Below, one piece after another: positions 1 to 9,330 of a stretch of DNA of 64,000 bases (position 1 is the stretch's first letter; each line of letters begins with the position of its first letter). The translations under genes were made by a program, and so were the position numbers. The DNA lies in NCBI GenBank assembly GCA_963661415.1, contig CAVLCI010000001.1, positions 468 through 64,467 on the forward strand, read 5' to 3'. The stretch is from Bifidobacteriaceae bacterium. Lineage in GTDB: Bacteria > Bacillota_I > Bacilli_A > Erysipelotrichales > Erysipelotrichaceae. Under the pieces are notes generated by a model. It saw only the letters and a program-made list of their open reading frames with translations. It was not told the DNA's origin and ran no database searches.

Positions 1-174
1 GGTGGTGTTTGGATTGGAATTGCACCATTAGAAGATCGCATGAAAGAAGTAGAACAAATCTTAGAAATTCCTTCTCATTTACATGCGTTTTCTTTGTTCG
101 CACTTGGATATCCTGCAGAAAGCCGTAACCAACAAGATCGTTTTGATGAAAAAAGAATACACTATTGTAAATAA
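1..174 (+). CDS. Nitroreductase family protein, C-terminal fragment (truncated by window edge)
   Basis: Frame 1 reads GGVWIGIAPLEDRMKEVEQILEIPSHLHAFSLFALGYPAESRNQQDRFDEKRIHYCK*, typical nitroreductase C-terminus (G.VW.G ... LGYP). Confidence 0.85.
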   Translation, partial: GGVWIGIAPLEDRMKEVEQILEIPSHLHAFSLFALGYPAESRNQQDRFDEKRIHYCK

Positions 175-196
175 CACCAGCCTAAGCTGGTGTTAT
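171..196. terminator. Bidirectional intrinsic terminator
   Basis: ATAACACCAGC-CTAA-GCTGGTGTTAT perfect hairpin between convergent genes. Confidence 0.8.
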
Positions 197-200
197 TTGT

Positions 201-521
201 TTAGAAACAATTCAATAGAATCATATAAACTGCTGTACCAAAGAATACACTTAAGATTTGATTCTTTTTATAAATGTGAATCAAAGCAGTAAAGATAGAA
301 GCAACAATCATAGAAATTGCGGAATGAAAATCTGCTGTCGTTAAACTTTTTAAACTATAAACTACTAAGATTGCCATTAATGCTGGAGGTAATAAATCTG
401 AAAGCTTTTTGATTTTAATAGGCATTGTTCTTTTTCCAAAGGCAAGCCATGGTAAAGATCTTTCAAAATAGATAATGATAGAACATAATACAATAACAAT
501 CGCTGCAGTAAACTTATTCAT
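201..521 (-). CDS. azlD: Branched-chain amino acid exporter small subunit AzlD
   Basis: 106 aa hydrophobic, LPPALMAILVVY motif, overlaps azlC stop. Confidence 0.85.
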   Translation of the reverse strand: MNKFTAAIVIVLCSIIIYFERSLPWLAFGKRTMPIKIKKLSDLLPPALMAILVVYSLKSLTTADFHSAISMIVASIFTALIHIYKKNQILSVFFGTAVYMILLNCF

Positions 522-1203
522 AAGATTCTCTTCCTTTATTGATACCTAACATCAACAATCCACTTGTAATCAACAAAGATGGCAACAAGAAATTATCTGC
601 GCCAATCAACAATAAAAATAAAATAGAACATCCTCCACCAATGAGTGCTGGTCCATGATCTTTTGTATTTCTCCATTGATCTACAACGATTGTAATAAAT
701 AAAGCAGTTAACGCAAAATCAATACCTTGTATATTTGTTGGAATCAGATTTCCTACAAGTCCTCCAACAATTGATCCTAGTATCCAACTCACTTGAGAAA
801 ACAATTGGATATAAAATTGTGTTTTAGATTTATCCAAATTACTAGGATATTCTGTAATTGAATTCAACAATGCATACGTTTCATCTGTTAATGAATGAAT
901 CATATACGGTAACTTCTTACCTGTTTTTTTAAAATCATCCAAGTAAGATAATCCATAAAAAATTTGTCTTGTAGACATAAAAGCACATGTCAATAAAACA
1001 GTAATCAAAGTCGCTCCAGTCGCAAAAAAAGAAGCTAGTACCATTTGAAATGCACCTGTATAAATAAACATCGAACAAATTGCCGACCAAGCCCATCCAA
1101 ACCCACCTTGTGCCATTACTAAACCATACGCACAAGATACAAAGAAGTAACTCACCATAATTGGTGATGTTTTTAATAACGCAAATCTTATTTCTTTTTT
1201 CAT
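514..1203 (-). CDS. azlC: Branched-chain amino acid exporter AzlC
   Basis: YTGAFQ, RQIFYGLS, LTDETYA, GIDFALTALF motifs; start placed at ATG 1203 just after a TATAAT. Confidence 0.9.
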   Translation of the reverse strand: MKKEIRFALLKTSPIMVSYFFVSCAYGLVMAQGGFGWAWSAICSMFIYTGAFQMVLASFFATGATLITVLLTCAFMSTRQIFYGLSYLDDFKKTGKKLPYMIHSLTDETYALLNSITEYPSNLDKSKTQFYIQLFSQVSWILGSIVGGLVGNLIPTNIQGIDFALTALFITIVVDQWRNTKDHGPALIGGGCSILFLLLIGADNFLLPSLLITSGLLMLGINKGRESYE

Positions 1204-1223
1204 AATAGAAACTATTATACACA

Positions 1224-1249
1224 AAAATAGAAGGTCACCCTTCTATTTT
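1224..1249 (-). terminator. Intrinsic terminator overlapping LysR stop
   Basis: AAAATAGAAGG-TCAC-CCTTCTATTTT hairpin. Confidence 0.7.
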
Positions 1250-2137
1250 CTTATTTTTTTGAAATTCATTTTCTAATATTTCCGCAAAGTCTTCTATGAT
1301 ATATCCAGAATTATCTTTTTCCCAAAAAATACATAGATTTCTTTCAAATTGTGTATCACGTACATAGAAAGGAACTCTTTCTATCGTTTGTGAGAAATGA
1401 GATAAAACAGGATTACCATCAATTGGAATATAACCTTTATTACTTACAACCATTAATCTTGCTTCTTTTAAACTATTTGCGTATAAGAATTCCCCTTCAA
1501 TATTAAAAGTCGTTTGGTAATATTGTTTTTCATCAAATTCTTGTCCTTTATTACAAATCAATATACAAGGTGTATTTCTTAAATCTTCACTTGTTACTTT
1601 TTTTAGTTTTGAAATTGGATTATCTTTTGCGATTTCAATATAACAATGATTCTTCTGTACGATTACATTATTCGCACTATTAAAGAAAGCACGTCTTTGA
1701 TCTGACAATAAAATATCCAATTCTTCTCGCAATAACTTTCTACGCAATTCTTCATGATTATCCGTTATGATTTTAATATTAATATCTGGATATTTTTTAG
1801 AAAAAATAGATACTGCTTTTTGTAGTTCTTCTCCACCATAAGATATCAAGACCCCAATCTTTAGAGAAAGCTCTTTTCCATTTGCGATTTTCAATGTTTC
1901 TCTAACAAGTCTTTCATAATCTGAAACAAGAACCAAAGATTTACGATAAAAATGTTCTCCAGCTTCTGTTAAAGAAATCTTTCGTTTTTCACGATTTAAT
2001 AGTTTCGCACCAAGTTCCATTTCTAAAGATTGAATTTGTTGTGACAATGCAGATTGAGATATATGACATTGTTCTGCTGCTTCTGTAAAAGAACCACATT
2101 CTACGATTGCTTGAAAATGACGTAATTGTTCTAACAT
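1235..2137 (-). CDS. LysR family transcriptional regulator
   Basis: N-terminal LEQLRHF...GSFTEAAEQCHISQSALSQQIQSLE HTH; LTEAGE; 300 aa. Confidence 0.95.
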   Translation of the reverse strand: MLEQLRHFQAIVECGSFTEAAEQCHISQSALSQQIQSLEMELGAKLLNREKRKISLTEAGEHFYRKSLVLVSDYERLVRETLKIANGKELSLKIGVLISYGGEELQKAVSIFSKKYPDINIKIITDNHEELRRKLLREELDILLSDQRRAFFNSANNVIVQKNHCYIEIAKDNPISKLKKVTSEDLRNTPCILICNKGQEFDEKQYYQTTFNIEGEFLYANSLKEARLMVVSNKGYIPIDGNPVLSHFSQTIERVPFYVRDTQFERNLCIFWEKDNSGYIIEDFAEILENEFQKNKKIEG

Positions 2138-2191
2138 AATATCTACCTCATTACGTTCATTTTATTATAAATTCACGATAACAGAAAATAC

Positions 2192-3523
2192 TTAATTTCT
2201 AATTTCTTTCCAAACGCTATTTTTCAATAAAATCAACGCTATGATTGCCGTAAAAATATCAGAAACAGGTTGGGCATGAATAACACCTTGATATCCTAAC
2301 AAAGCACTCATGATGAAAATAATGACTGCGTAAAAAACACCTTGTCTGCCAGCACTTAAAGTTAGAGCTTGTAGAGGTTTTCCACAAGATTGAAATACAC
2401 ATGTCGTTACCATCGTTAAACCTATAAAAGGCATACCAAGTAATACTGCTCTTAACATTGGTGCCCCTAAAGAAATCATCGCACTATCATTCATAAAGAT
2501 GGAAATCATAAATGGCGCAATACAAGCTAGAATTACAGACAAGATAATTGAAACACCTAAAATTAATTGATATGCATATTTCAAACAACCTTTCATTCTT
2601 TCATTTAATTTTGCACCATATAAATAGCCATATAAAGGTTGACCACCAAATGCTAGTCCTACCATGATCATCACAACGATCATTGTAATTTTTGATACGA
2701 TTCCAAATGCCGCTATTGCATCATTTCCATATGGCAATAAAAAGTTATTTAATAACATAACACCAATACTTTGCATAATATTTGTAATAGAACTAGGAAT
2801 ACCAATAGAAAGAATTTGTTTTATTTCATATAAAGAAATATGAAATCCTTTAATTTTCATACTCAATAATTGACTCTTATGAAAAATAAACCAAACATAA
2901 AAAACATCTGCCACTACATTTCCTAATACTGTAGCGATTGCAGCACCACCTGCACCCATATTCAAACCAAAAATAAATACAGGATCTAAAATCATATTCA
3001 CAATCGAACCAGTAACAGAACCAATCATCGCTGCATTTGCGTGTCCTTCTGTACGTAACAAGTTTGTAGGAGCTAAAGCTAAAATAACAAATGGAGAGCC
3101 TATTGCGATCCAAAAATAATAGCTGCTTGCGTGTGCCATTGTTCCTTCATTTGCACCTAGTAAATGTAATATTGGAGTTTGAAATAACAACAAAATAATC
3201 GCTACAATGATTCCAAATATAAAACATCCATCCAAACAAAAAACAGACAATCTTTTTCCATCTTCATTCTTCTTCATTCCTAATAATCTAGAAATCACAG
3301 AAGAACCACCAAGTCCAAATATATCTCCCATCGCAATCAATAACGTAAAGATAGGACCACATAGCGTAACACCCGCAACAATATTCGTATCACCTGTTTT
3401 CGCTACGAAAAACATATCTACCATGTTATAAACAAGTGTTAATACACCTGATAAAACAACTGGCATAGCTAATTTCATGTATGCCTTTTTGATTGGCATT
3501 TTTTCAAACAATTCATTTTCCAT
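2192..3523 (-). CDS. MATE family efflux transporter (MepA-like)
   Basis: 443 aa, multi-TM, YNMVDMFFV, NMILDPVFIFG, GAAIAT motifs. Confidence 0.95.
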   Translation of the reverse strand: MENELFEKMPIKKAYMKLAMPVVLSGVLTLVYNMVDMFFVAKTGDTNIVAGVTLCGPIFTLLIAMGDIFGLGGSSVISRLLGMKKNEDGKRLSVFCLDGCFIFGIIVAIILLLFQTPILHLLGANEGTMAHASSYYFWIAIGSPFVILALAPTNLLRTEGHANAAMIGSVTGSIVNMILDPVFIFGLNMGAGGAAIATVLGNVVADVFYVWFIFHKSQLLSMKIKGFHISLYEIKQILSIGIPSSITNIMQSIGVMLLNNFLLPYGNDAIAAFGIVSKITMIVVMIMVGLAFGGQPLYGYLYGAKLNERMKGCLKYAYQLILGVSIILSVILACIAPFMISIFMNDSAMISLGAPMLRAVLLGMPFIGLTMVTTCVFQSCGKPLQALTLSAGRQGVFYAVIIFIMSALLGYQGVIHAQPVSDIFTAIIALILLKNSVWKEIRN

Positions 3524-3574
3524 AAAGCACCTCTTTTTACTCGTATGATTCTAACAAATGGTTTAAAATAGAAA

Positions 3575-3590
3575 AGTGACATAAGGCACA
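3575..3590. promoter_or_regulatory. Crp-family-like box between divergent MATE and Crp/Fnr genes
   Basis: AGTGA-CATAAG-GCACA resembles TGTGA-N6-TCACA. Confidence 0.45.
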
Positions 3591-3594
3591 ACAT

Positions 3595-4209
3595 ATGAAA
3601 ATTTCTTATAATAAAACAAAAATCAACATGTATCTCAAACAATACAACTTAAAAGACTATTTACAAGATTATGAATTAATTTTGTATTCTTTTGATGCAT
3701 CCGAAAAATTAAATGAGAAATTAAATCCAAAACAATTTCTTTTATTTCTAGTAAAAGGAGATGTTGCCTTAAAATCCGTACGTCAGGATGGTTCTCTTCT
3801 ACAAACAACAACAGCTAAAGCATTTACTTGTTTTGGAGAAATGGAACTCGCAAATTCTGATGCAAAACAAAACATCATTGAAACCATTACTGAATGTGAA
3901 ATGATTGGAATTGATATTGAAAAATATCGGTTAAAAATCGAAAACGATCCTAAGCTATTAAAACTACTACTCAAAAGTGTCGTACAAAAGATTGCCCTCA
4001 TTTCAGATTTATTATTTGAAACAACAGATGTACAAAGTAGAGTATTGTTTTATTTAGAAAATGAATCAAAGAATCATGAAATCCATGGTGTCGAACAATT
4101 ATCACAACATTTAAATTGTTCTAGAAGACAACTACAAAGAGTATTAAAAAATATGGTAAATGAAGGTATGATAGTAAAAAAGAAAAAAGGTGTTTATGTC
4201 AAAAAATGA
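3595..4209 (+). CDS. Crp/Fnr family transcriptional regulator
   Basis: cNMP-binding fold (LVKGDV...FGEMEL) plus C-terminal HTH (LSQHLNCSRRQLQRVL). Confidence 0.9.
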   Translation: MKISYNKTKINMYLKQYNLKDYLQDYELILYSFDASEKLNEKLNPKQFLLFLVKGDVALKSVRQDGSLLQTTTAKAFTCFGEMELANSDAKQNIIETITECEMIGIDIEKYRLKIENDPKLLKLLLKSVVQKIALISDLLFETTDVQSRVLFYLENESKNHEIHGVEQLSQHLNCSRRQLQRVLKNMVNEGMIVKKKKGVYVKK

Positions 4210-4969
4210 AATTTCTATTATGAGTTTAAATCTACTAACAAGTCATTTACGTACATTTCGATACAAATCTTTTTCTAAACGAAGTATCGCAATCAAACAA
4301 ATGATTCAACAATATCAACCAGATATCATAGGTGTACAAGAAATGAACCAAACAATGTACACTGCACTATCTGATCTTTTTGATACTTATGAAATTCATG
4401 GAGAATCAAGACATTCTAAACATAACGATGAATACTGTTCTATTCTATTTAAGAAAGAAAAATATGAATTATTAGAAACAAGAACACTTTGGCTTAGTAA
4501 TTCTCCAATAATTCCTAGTTCTAAACATCCATTTTCCCAATTTCCTAGAATCGTTACTTATGCATATTTAAAAGATAAAAAAACAAATCAAACATTTACA
4601 GTTTATAATACGCACTTAGATTCTAACTTTGAACTTGTACGTCATTTCCAAGCAAGAGCGTTATCTCAAATTATTCAAGACACGCAAAAAGGTGCCTATA
4701 CGATCTTAACAGGAGATTTCAACTGTAACAGTTTATCTTCCGCATACAAGATCATACAAACACCTTTCATGGATCTAGTAGATGATTCCATTGGTTCTAC
4801 ATTAAGAGGTACATTTGGATCCATTCGCTATCATCATATTCCAATTGATCATATCTTTATTTCCCCAAAGTGCAAAAAATCACACGTAACAAAAATCACC
4901 TCTAAGTTTTCAAATATCTATCCAACTGATCATTTTCCAATCTATGTAAAATGCACTCTGAAGTTATAA
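4196..4969 (+). CDS. Endonuclease/exonuclease/phosphatase family protein
   Basis: PDIIGVQE, NTHLD, GDFN, IDHIF, TDHFP motifs; RBS AAAGGTG before ATG 4196. Confidence 0.92.
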   Translation: MSKNEISIMSLNLLTSHLRTFRYKSFSKRSIAIKQMIQQYQPDIIGVQEMNQTMYTALSDLFDTYEIHGESRHSKHNDEYCSILFKKEKYELLETRTLWLSNSPIIPSSKHPFSQFPRIVTYAYLKDKKTNQTFTVYNTHLDSNFELVRHFQARALSQIIQDTQKGAYTILTGDFNCNSLSSAYKIIQTPFMDLVDDSIGSTLRGTFGSIRYHHIPIDHIFISPKCKKSHVTKITSKFSNIYPTDHFPIYVKCTLKL

Positions 4970-7306
4970 TCATTTCAAATAGTTCAATATTTCCTCTAAA
5001 GATGCATAAAGTTTGGTATTTACATCATTCACAGTCACTAGTGTAGGTACTTGTGTGATTCCAAATTCCTTTACAAGATTTGGATTATTATCGATATCTA
5101 CAAGTAAATATGGAATCTTAAATGTATTTAATTCTTTTTGAATCGTTTTACTATCTATATCTGTTTTTGAAATAAACAATAAATTATTTGTGTTATCTAA
5201 AGGCATCCAAGAAATTGATTTTTTTGGTTGTTTTTTCTTTTTGGAAGCTTTTCCTTCAACATCAAAAAAGACACGTTCTTTAAATTCTTGTAACTTTCCA
5301 GCATTCCAGTTTTTAACTGGACGATAATAGCCTGTAATTCTAGAAAAGACTTCTGTTTTTTGTCCACACTTTGGACATTTCCATACTTCTCCTAAAAGAT
5401 AACCATCGTTGATACAAAAGCTATAGGTCGGTGAAAGTGTGAAATATGGCAACGTATAGTGTTCACTGATTTTTTTCACTAACATCGCTGCACTTTTCCA
5501 ATCTGATAATCTTTCTCCTAAATAAACATGAAATACTGTTCCAGATGTATAAAACTTCTGTAATGATTCTTGAATATCTAGCGCACTAAAAATATCAATC
5601 GTTGTATGCGCAGAAAATTGAGAACTATTGGTATAGTAAGGTGTGCCTGTTTGATTGGCACAAATAATATTAGGATCTTTTTCTTGATCCATTTTTGCCA
5701 AACGATACGCTGTACTTTCTGCAGGGGTTGCTTCTAAGTTATACAAATCTCCATATTGTTTTTGGTAATCTAATAATCTTCGTTGCATATACGCTAACAC
5801 TTCTTGTGCGAAATTTTGTGCATTTGGATCCGTTAGATCTTTTTGTAGCCATTTCGCATTCAAACAAGCTTCATTCATCCCAATAATTCCAATCGTAGAA
5901 AAATGATTACCAAAATCTTTTAAATAACGTTTTGTATATGGATATAAACCATTTTCCAATAGTTTTGTTAGTACTGTTCGCTTTGTTTTTAAACAACGTG
6001 CACTGATATCCATGTGATGATTTAAAACGCGATAAAATTCTTGTTTGTCATTTGCTTCAAACGCTATTCTAACAAGATTGATCGTTACAGCCCCAATGGA
6101 TCCTGTTAGTTCTCCACTTCCAAAATAGCCACCACCTTTCCGATAAAGTTGCGACAAGTTTCTTTCTTGATTTAATACAACTTTCGGAATGGAATTCTTA
6201 TGCATTTCATTTGAAAAATAAGGAATTCCATACTTCGCACTCATTTCAAATAAAAGTGCATTATTTTCAGATTCCGACCAATCAAAATCATTTGTTAGAG
6301 AATAGGTTGGAATTGGATATTGAAAGATCTTTCCTTCATAATCTCCTTCCATCATAACTTCCATGAATGCTTTATTAATGACATCCATTTCTTTTTTACA
6401 TTCACCATACGTAAAATCTTGTTGTTTTCCACCAACGATCGCATACGTATCTTTTAAATGTTCTGGTACATTCCAATCCAAAGTAATCGTTGTAAATGGT
6501 GCTTGTGAACCCCATCTACTAGAAGTATTCACACCATAAATAAAGTTTTGGATACTTTGTTTTACTTCCTTATAAGAAAGATGATCTACTTTCACAAAAG
6601 GAGCAAGATACGTATCAAAAGAGGAAAAAGATTGTGCACCAGCCCATTCATTCTGCATGATTCCTAAAAAATTGACCATTTGATCGCACAATGTATCTAA
6701 ATGTTTTGCAGGTCCTCTAGAAATCTTTCCATCCACACCACGCAATCCATTCACCAATAATTGTTTGATTGACCAACCAGCACTATACCCACTTAACATG
6801 CTTAAATCATGAATATGAATATCTCCATTACGATGTGCTTGTGCTACTTCTTCATCATATGCTTCAGATAACCAATAATTTGTAGTAATTGCACCAGAGT
6901 TTGAAAGAATCAAACCACCAATAGAATACGTAATCGTACTATTCTCTTTCATTGTCCAATCCAATGCATTTAAATATCGATTCACAAGAGATTTATAGTC
7001 TAATGTCGTTACAGATATATTACGAATATTTTCTCTTTGTTTACGATATAAGATATACGCTTTTGAAACATCCGCATATCCTGCTTCACTCAATACTTTT
7101 TCTACACTATCTTGAATATCTTCAACATCAATTTTTTCATCTACGATCTTATTTTGAAAATCACTTGTTACACGAATCGCAATCAAATCCACTACATCAT
7201 CTGTATAGTTTTTATGACATCCGATAAAAGCTTTTTTGATTGCATTTGAAATCTTGGATATATCAAATAGAACCGTACTTCCATCTCTTTTAATGACTTT
7301 ATACAT
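4970..7306 (-). CDS. nrdD: Class III (anaerobic) ribonucleotide reductase homologue with N-terminal ATP-cone and C-terminal glutaredoxin-like domain; catalytic cysteines absent
   Basis: VIKRDG ATP-cone, HIHDLS, EWAGAQ, EATPAES, YYTNSS, CxxD/CxxC Zn site, SRITGYYRP glycyl loop; GYC replaced by GYS and SMCCR loop missing. Confidence 0.9.
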   Translation of the reverse strand: MYKVIKRDGSTVLFDISKISNAIKKAFIGCHKNYTDDVVDLIAIRVTSDFQNKIVDEKIDVEDIQDSVEKVLSEAGYADVSKAYILYRKQRENIRNISVTTLDYKSLVNRYLNALDWTMKENSTITYSIGGLILSNSGAITTNYWLSEAYDEEVAQAHRNGDIHIHDLSMLSGYSAGWSIKQLLVNGLRGVDGKISRGPAKHLDTLCDQMVNFLGIMQNEWAGAQSFSSFDTYLAPFVKVDHLSYKEVKQSIQNFIYGVNTSSRWGSQAPFTTITLDWNVPEHLKDTYAIVGGKQQDFTYGECKKEMDVINKAFMEVMMEGDYEGKIFQYPIPTYSLTNDFDWSESENNALLFEMSAKYGIPYFSNEMHKNSIPKVVLNQERNLSQLYRKGGGYFGSGELTGSIGAVTINLVRIAFEANDKQEFYRVLNHHMDISARCLKTKRTVLTKLLENGLYPYTKRYLKDFGNHFSTIGIIGMNEACLNAKWLQKDLTDPNAQNFAQEVLAYMQRRLLDYQKQYGDLYNLEATPAESTAYRLAKMDQEKDPNIICANQTGTPYYTNSSQFSAHTTIDIFSALDIQESLQKFYTSGTVFHVYLGERLSDWKSAAMLVKKISEHYTLPYFTLSPTYSFCINDGYLLGEVWKCPKCGQKTEVFSRITGYYRPVKNWNAGKLQEFKERVFFDVEGKASKKKKQPKKSISWMPLDNTNNLLFISKTDIDSKTIQKELNTFKIPYLLVDIDNNPNLVKEFGITQVPTLVTVNDVNTKLYASLEEILNYLK

Positions 7307-8447
7307 GATTAACACCTCTCAATTGCACTTGCGGTATGATTTTTCTTGCCTCATTTAATATTTCATTCATTTCATCTACACTATATCCATGAAAACCTGC
7401 ATGAATGCAATTATCAGAATCATTAAATTGTTGTAGATACCAAGCATCACATTGTCCAATCCACTTGGCAATCTCAACAATATCTTCTTTTGTATGAAAT
7501 TCTTTTACAACAGTCGTTCTAAATTCATAAGGAATACCACATTGTTTCATATAATTCATGCTTTCTTCTATCATATCTACAGAAAAATGTTCTGATTCAT
7601 TTCCAATTGTCATTGCGTATTTATCTTTTGTATTCTTAATATCCATCGCAATATAATCTACTAGTTCTAAATCTACGATTTCTTTTAAACGACTTAAAAA
7701 ATTACCCGCAACATCCAATTTAACTTGATACCCAATATTTTTAATTTCTTTTAAAAATGGAACAAGTTTTTCCTGCATCAAAGGTTCACCACCACTAATA
7801 CAAACCCCATCTAAAATATTTTTTCTTTTTTCTAAATAAGAAAATATTTCATCTACATCTACAAATGCATAATTTTCTGGAATATAAACCAAATCACGAT
7901 TATGACAATATGGACATTTAAAACTACATCCACTTGTAAAGATCGTCGCACAAACTTTTTCAGGATAATCAATCAAACTCATTTTCACAAGTCCACCAAT
8001 CTTTAGATCCGCAAGATCTTCAAAATGATTTAATTGTTCTCTCGAATTATTTGTTACAACTGACATCATTTCAGAAAACGCATCAAAATCAATATCCTTT
8101 GATAATATCTTTCTACATTCATTTCGATATTGATATATTGCATGCATTACTTCATGTGCTTTCTCTGTTGTATAAAGATGTTTACTTCTTCTATCTTTTT
8201 CATCTTGTTTAGATTGTACATACCCCTGTTCTATCAAGCGATTGATAGATTTTGTTGTGGTACCTTTATCCACTTCTGATACACGCGTTACATCTTGCAT
8301 CGTGCATCCTTCATTTTCATTAATAAATGTCAAAAAAACAATTTGACCAGAACCAATGTCATACTTCGATAAAACATGATCAAAATACTTCATAATATTT
8401 CGATATAAGATCGATATATCCATTAAAAAATTCTCATTTGGATTCAT
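7299..8447 (-). CDS. nrdG: Fusion of MarR-family HTH and anaerobic RNR activating radical-SAM enzyme (NrdG)
   Basis: N-term MarR (VDKGTTTKSINRLIEQGYV..DEKDRR); C-term IGGLVKMSLIDYP, CSFKCPYC, ISGGEPL, YIAMDIK, YEFRTT; RBS GGAGG before ATG 8447. Confidence 0.92.
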   Translation of the reverse strand: MNPNENFLMDISILYRNIMKYFDHVLSKYDIGSGQIVFLTFINENEGCTMQDVTRVSEVDKGTTTKSINRLIEQGYVQSKQDEKDRRSKHLYTTEKAHEVMHAIYQYRNECRKILSKDIDFDAFSEMMSVVTNNSREQLNHFEDLADLKIGGLVKMSLIDYPEKVCATIFTSGCSFKCPYCHNRDLVYIPENYAFVDVDEIFSYLEKRKNILDGVCISGGEPLMQEKLVPFLKEIKNIGYQVKLDVAGNFLSRLKEIVDLELVDYIAMDIKNTKDKYAMTIGNESEHFSVDMIEESMNYMKQCGIPYEFRTTVVKEFHTKEDIVEIAKWIGQCDAWYLQQFNDSDNCIHAGFHGYSVDEMNEILNEARKIIPQVQLRGVNHV

Positions 8448-8472
8448 ATGACACCTCCATGTTCTAAATACA

Positions 8473-8500
8473 ATTTTATCGAACAAACAACCTCTGTCAA
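8473..8500 (-). promoter_or_regulatory. Sigma-A promoter of marR-nrdG/nrdD operon
   Basis: TTGACA (8500-8495) - 16 bp - TAAAAT (8478-8473). Confidence 0.6.
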
Positions 8501-8579
8501 ACAAACTTCAAAAAATAAAACTTGATTTTTAAATCAAAATCGTGTAAAACATTACAACAATGAAAGGAGATTAGATAAA

Positions 8580-8714
8580 ATGAGTCATCGTATTGAGTAT
8601 CTTACGATCGATGGCGGCACTGTTATTGAATTTACAGACGATAAAGGATATGCTCGCTTAGCTAACGAAGCAGACATGGGTTACATCGTAATCAAAAATT
8701 ATAGCCGTTATTGA
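8580..8714 (+). CDS. Unannotated 44-aa small protein MSHRIEYLTIDGGTVIEFTDDKGYARLANEADMGYIVIKNYSRY
   Basis: Strong RBS AAAGGAG, upstream TTGATT-17-TAAAAC promoter, protein-like composition. Confidence 0.7.
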   Translation: MSHRIEYLTIDGGTVIEFTDDKGYARLANEADMGYIVIKNYSRY

Positions 8715-8832
8715 TAAACAATGTTGATCATTGTTTTCATCAATCGATCAAAAGAAAAAATCCCCATTTTGGGAATCATATATAGTATGATAGATGCATC
8801 TGAAAAGATGCATTTTATTTTGGAGAAAACAA

Positions 8833-9300
8833 ATGAAAAAATATACTGAAGAACAATCCATTTCAAATAAACCAGAACTAGATTCTTTACTCGCTCAAAG
8901 AAAGGCACCACTTTCTGAAGAAGGATTAAACAAAGTATTACAACAACTCACACTATTTATTAGTCAAGATATCTTTTTCTTTGGTGCATTATATCCCAAA
9001 AATGATAAACAAACAGAATCTATCTTAGCGTGTACTGAAATTGATAAAGCAGATATGATGGAAGGAACAGATGGCGAAAGATATTATCCTGTATTCTCCT
9101 CTATCGAAAAATTAAAATATTGGAAACCAAAACTACAAAAAGGCGAATACTATTACATCTTTACAAAGAATGATCTATTAACATTTTTAGATTGTAACCA
9201 AAAAGTAGCAGCAGTCGTTATGAACCCACAAGAAGATGATCTTTTATTACATCGTATGTTACTACAAAACCTCATCCAAGTAGGAAAAGATAATCAATAA
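8833..9300 (+). CDS. SseB family protein
   Basis: DGERYYPVFSSIEKLKYW ... AVVMNP pattern of SseB N-domain; RBS GGAG. Confidence 0.7.
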   Translation: MKKYTEEQSISNKPELDSLLAQRKAPLSEEGLNKVLQQLTLFISQDIFFFGALYPKNDKQTESILACTEIDKADMMEGTDGERYYPVFSSIEKLKYWKPKLQKGEYYYIFTKNDLLTFLDCNQKVAAVVMNPQEDDLLLHRMLLQNLIQVGKDNQ

Positions 9301-9303
9301 AAC

Positions 9304-9330
9304 AAAAAGAGTGGCAAAACACTCTCTTTT
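9304..9330. terminator. Bidirectional terminator
   Basis: AGAGTG-GCAAAA-CACTCT flanked by A/T tracts between convergent genes. Confidence 0.65.
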
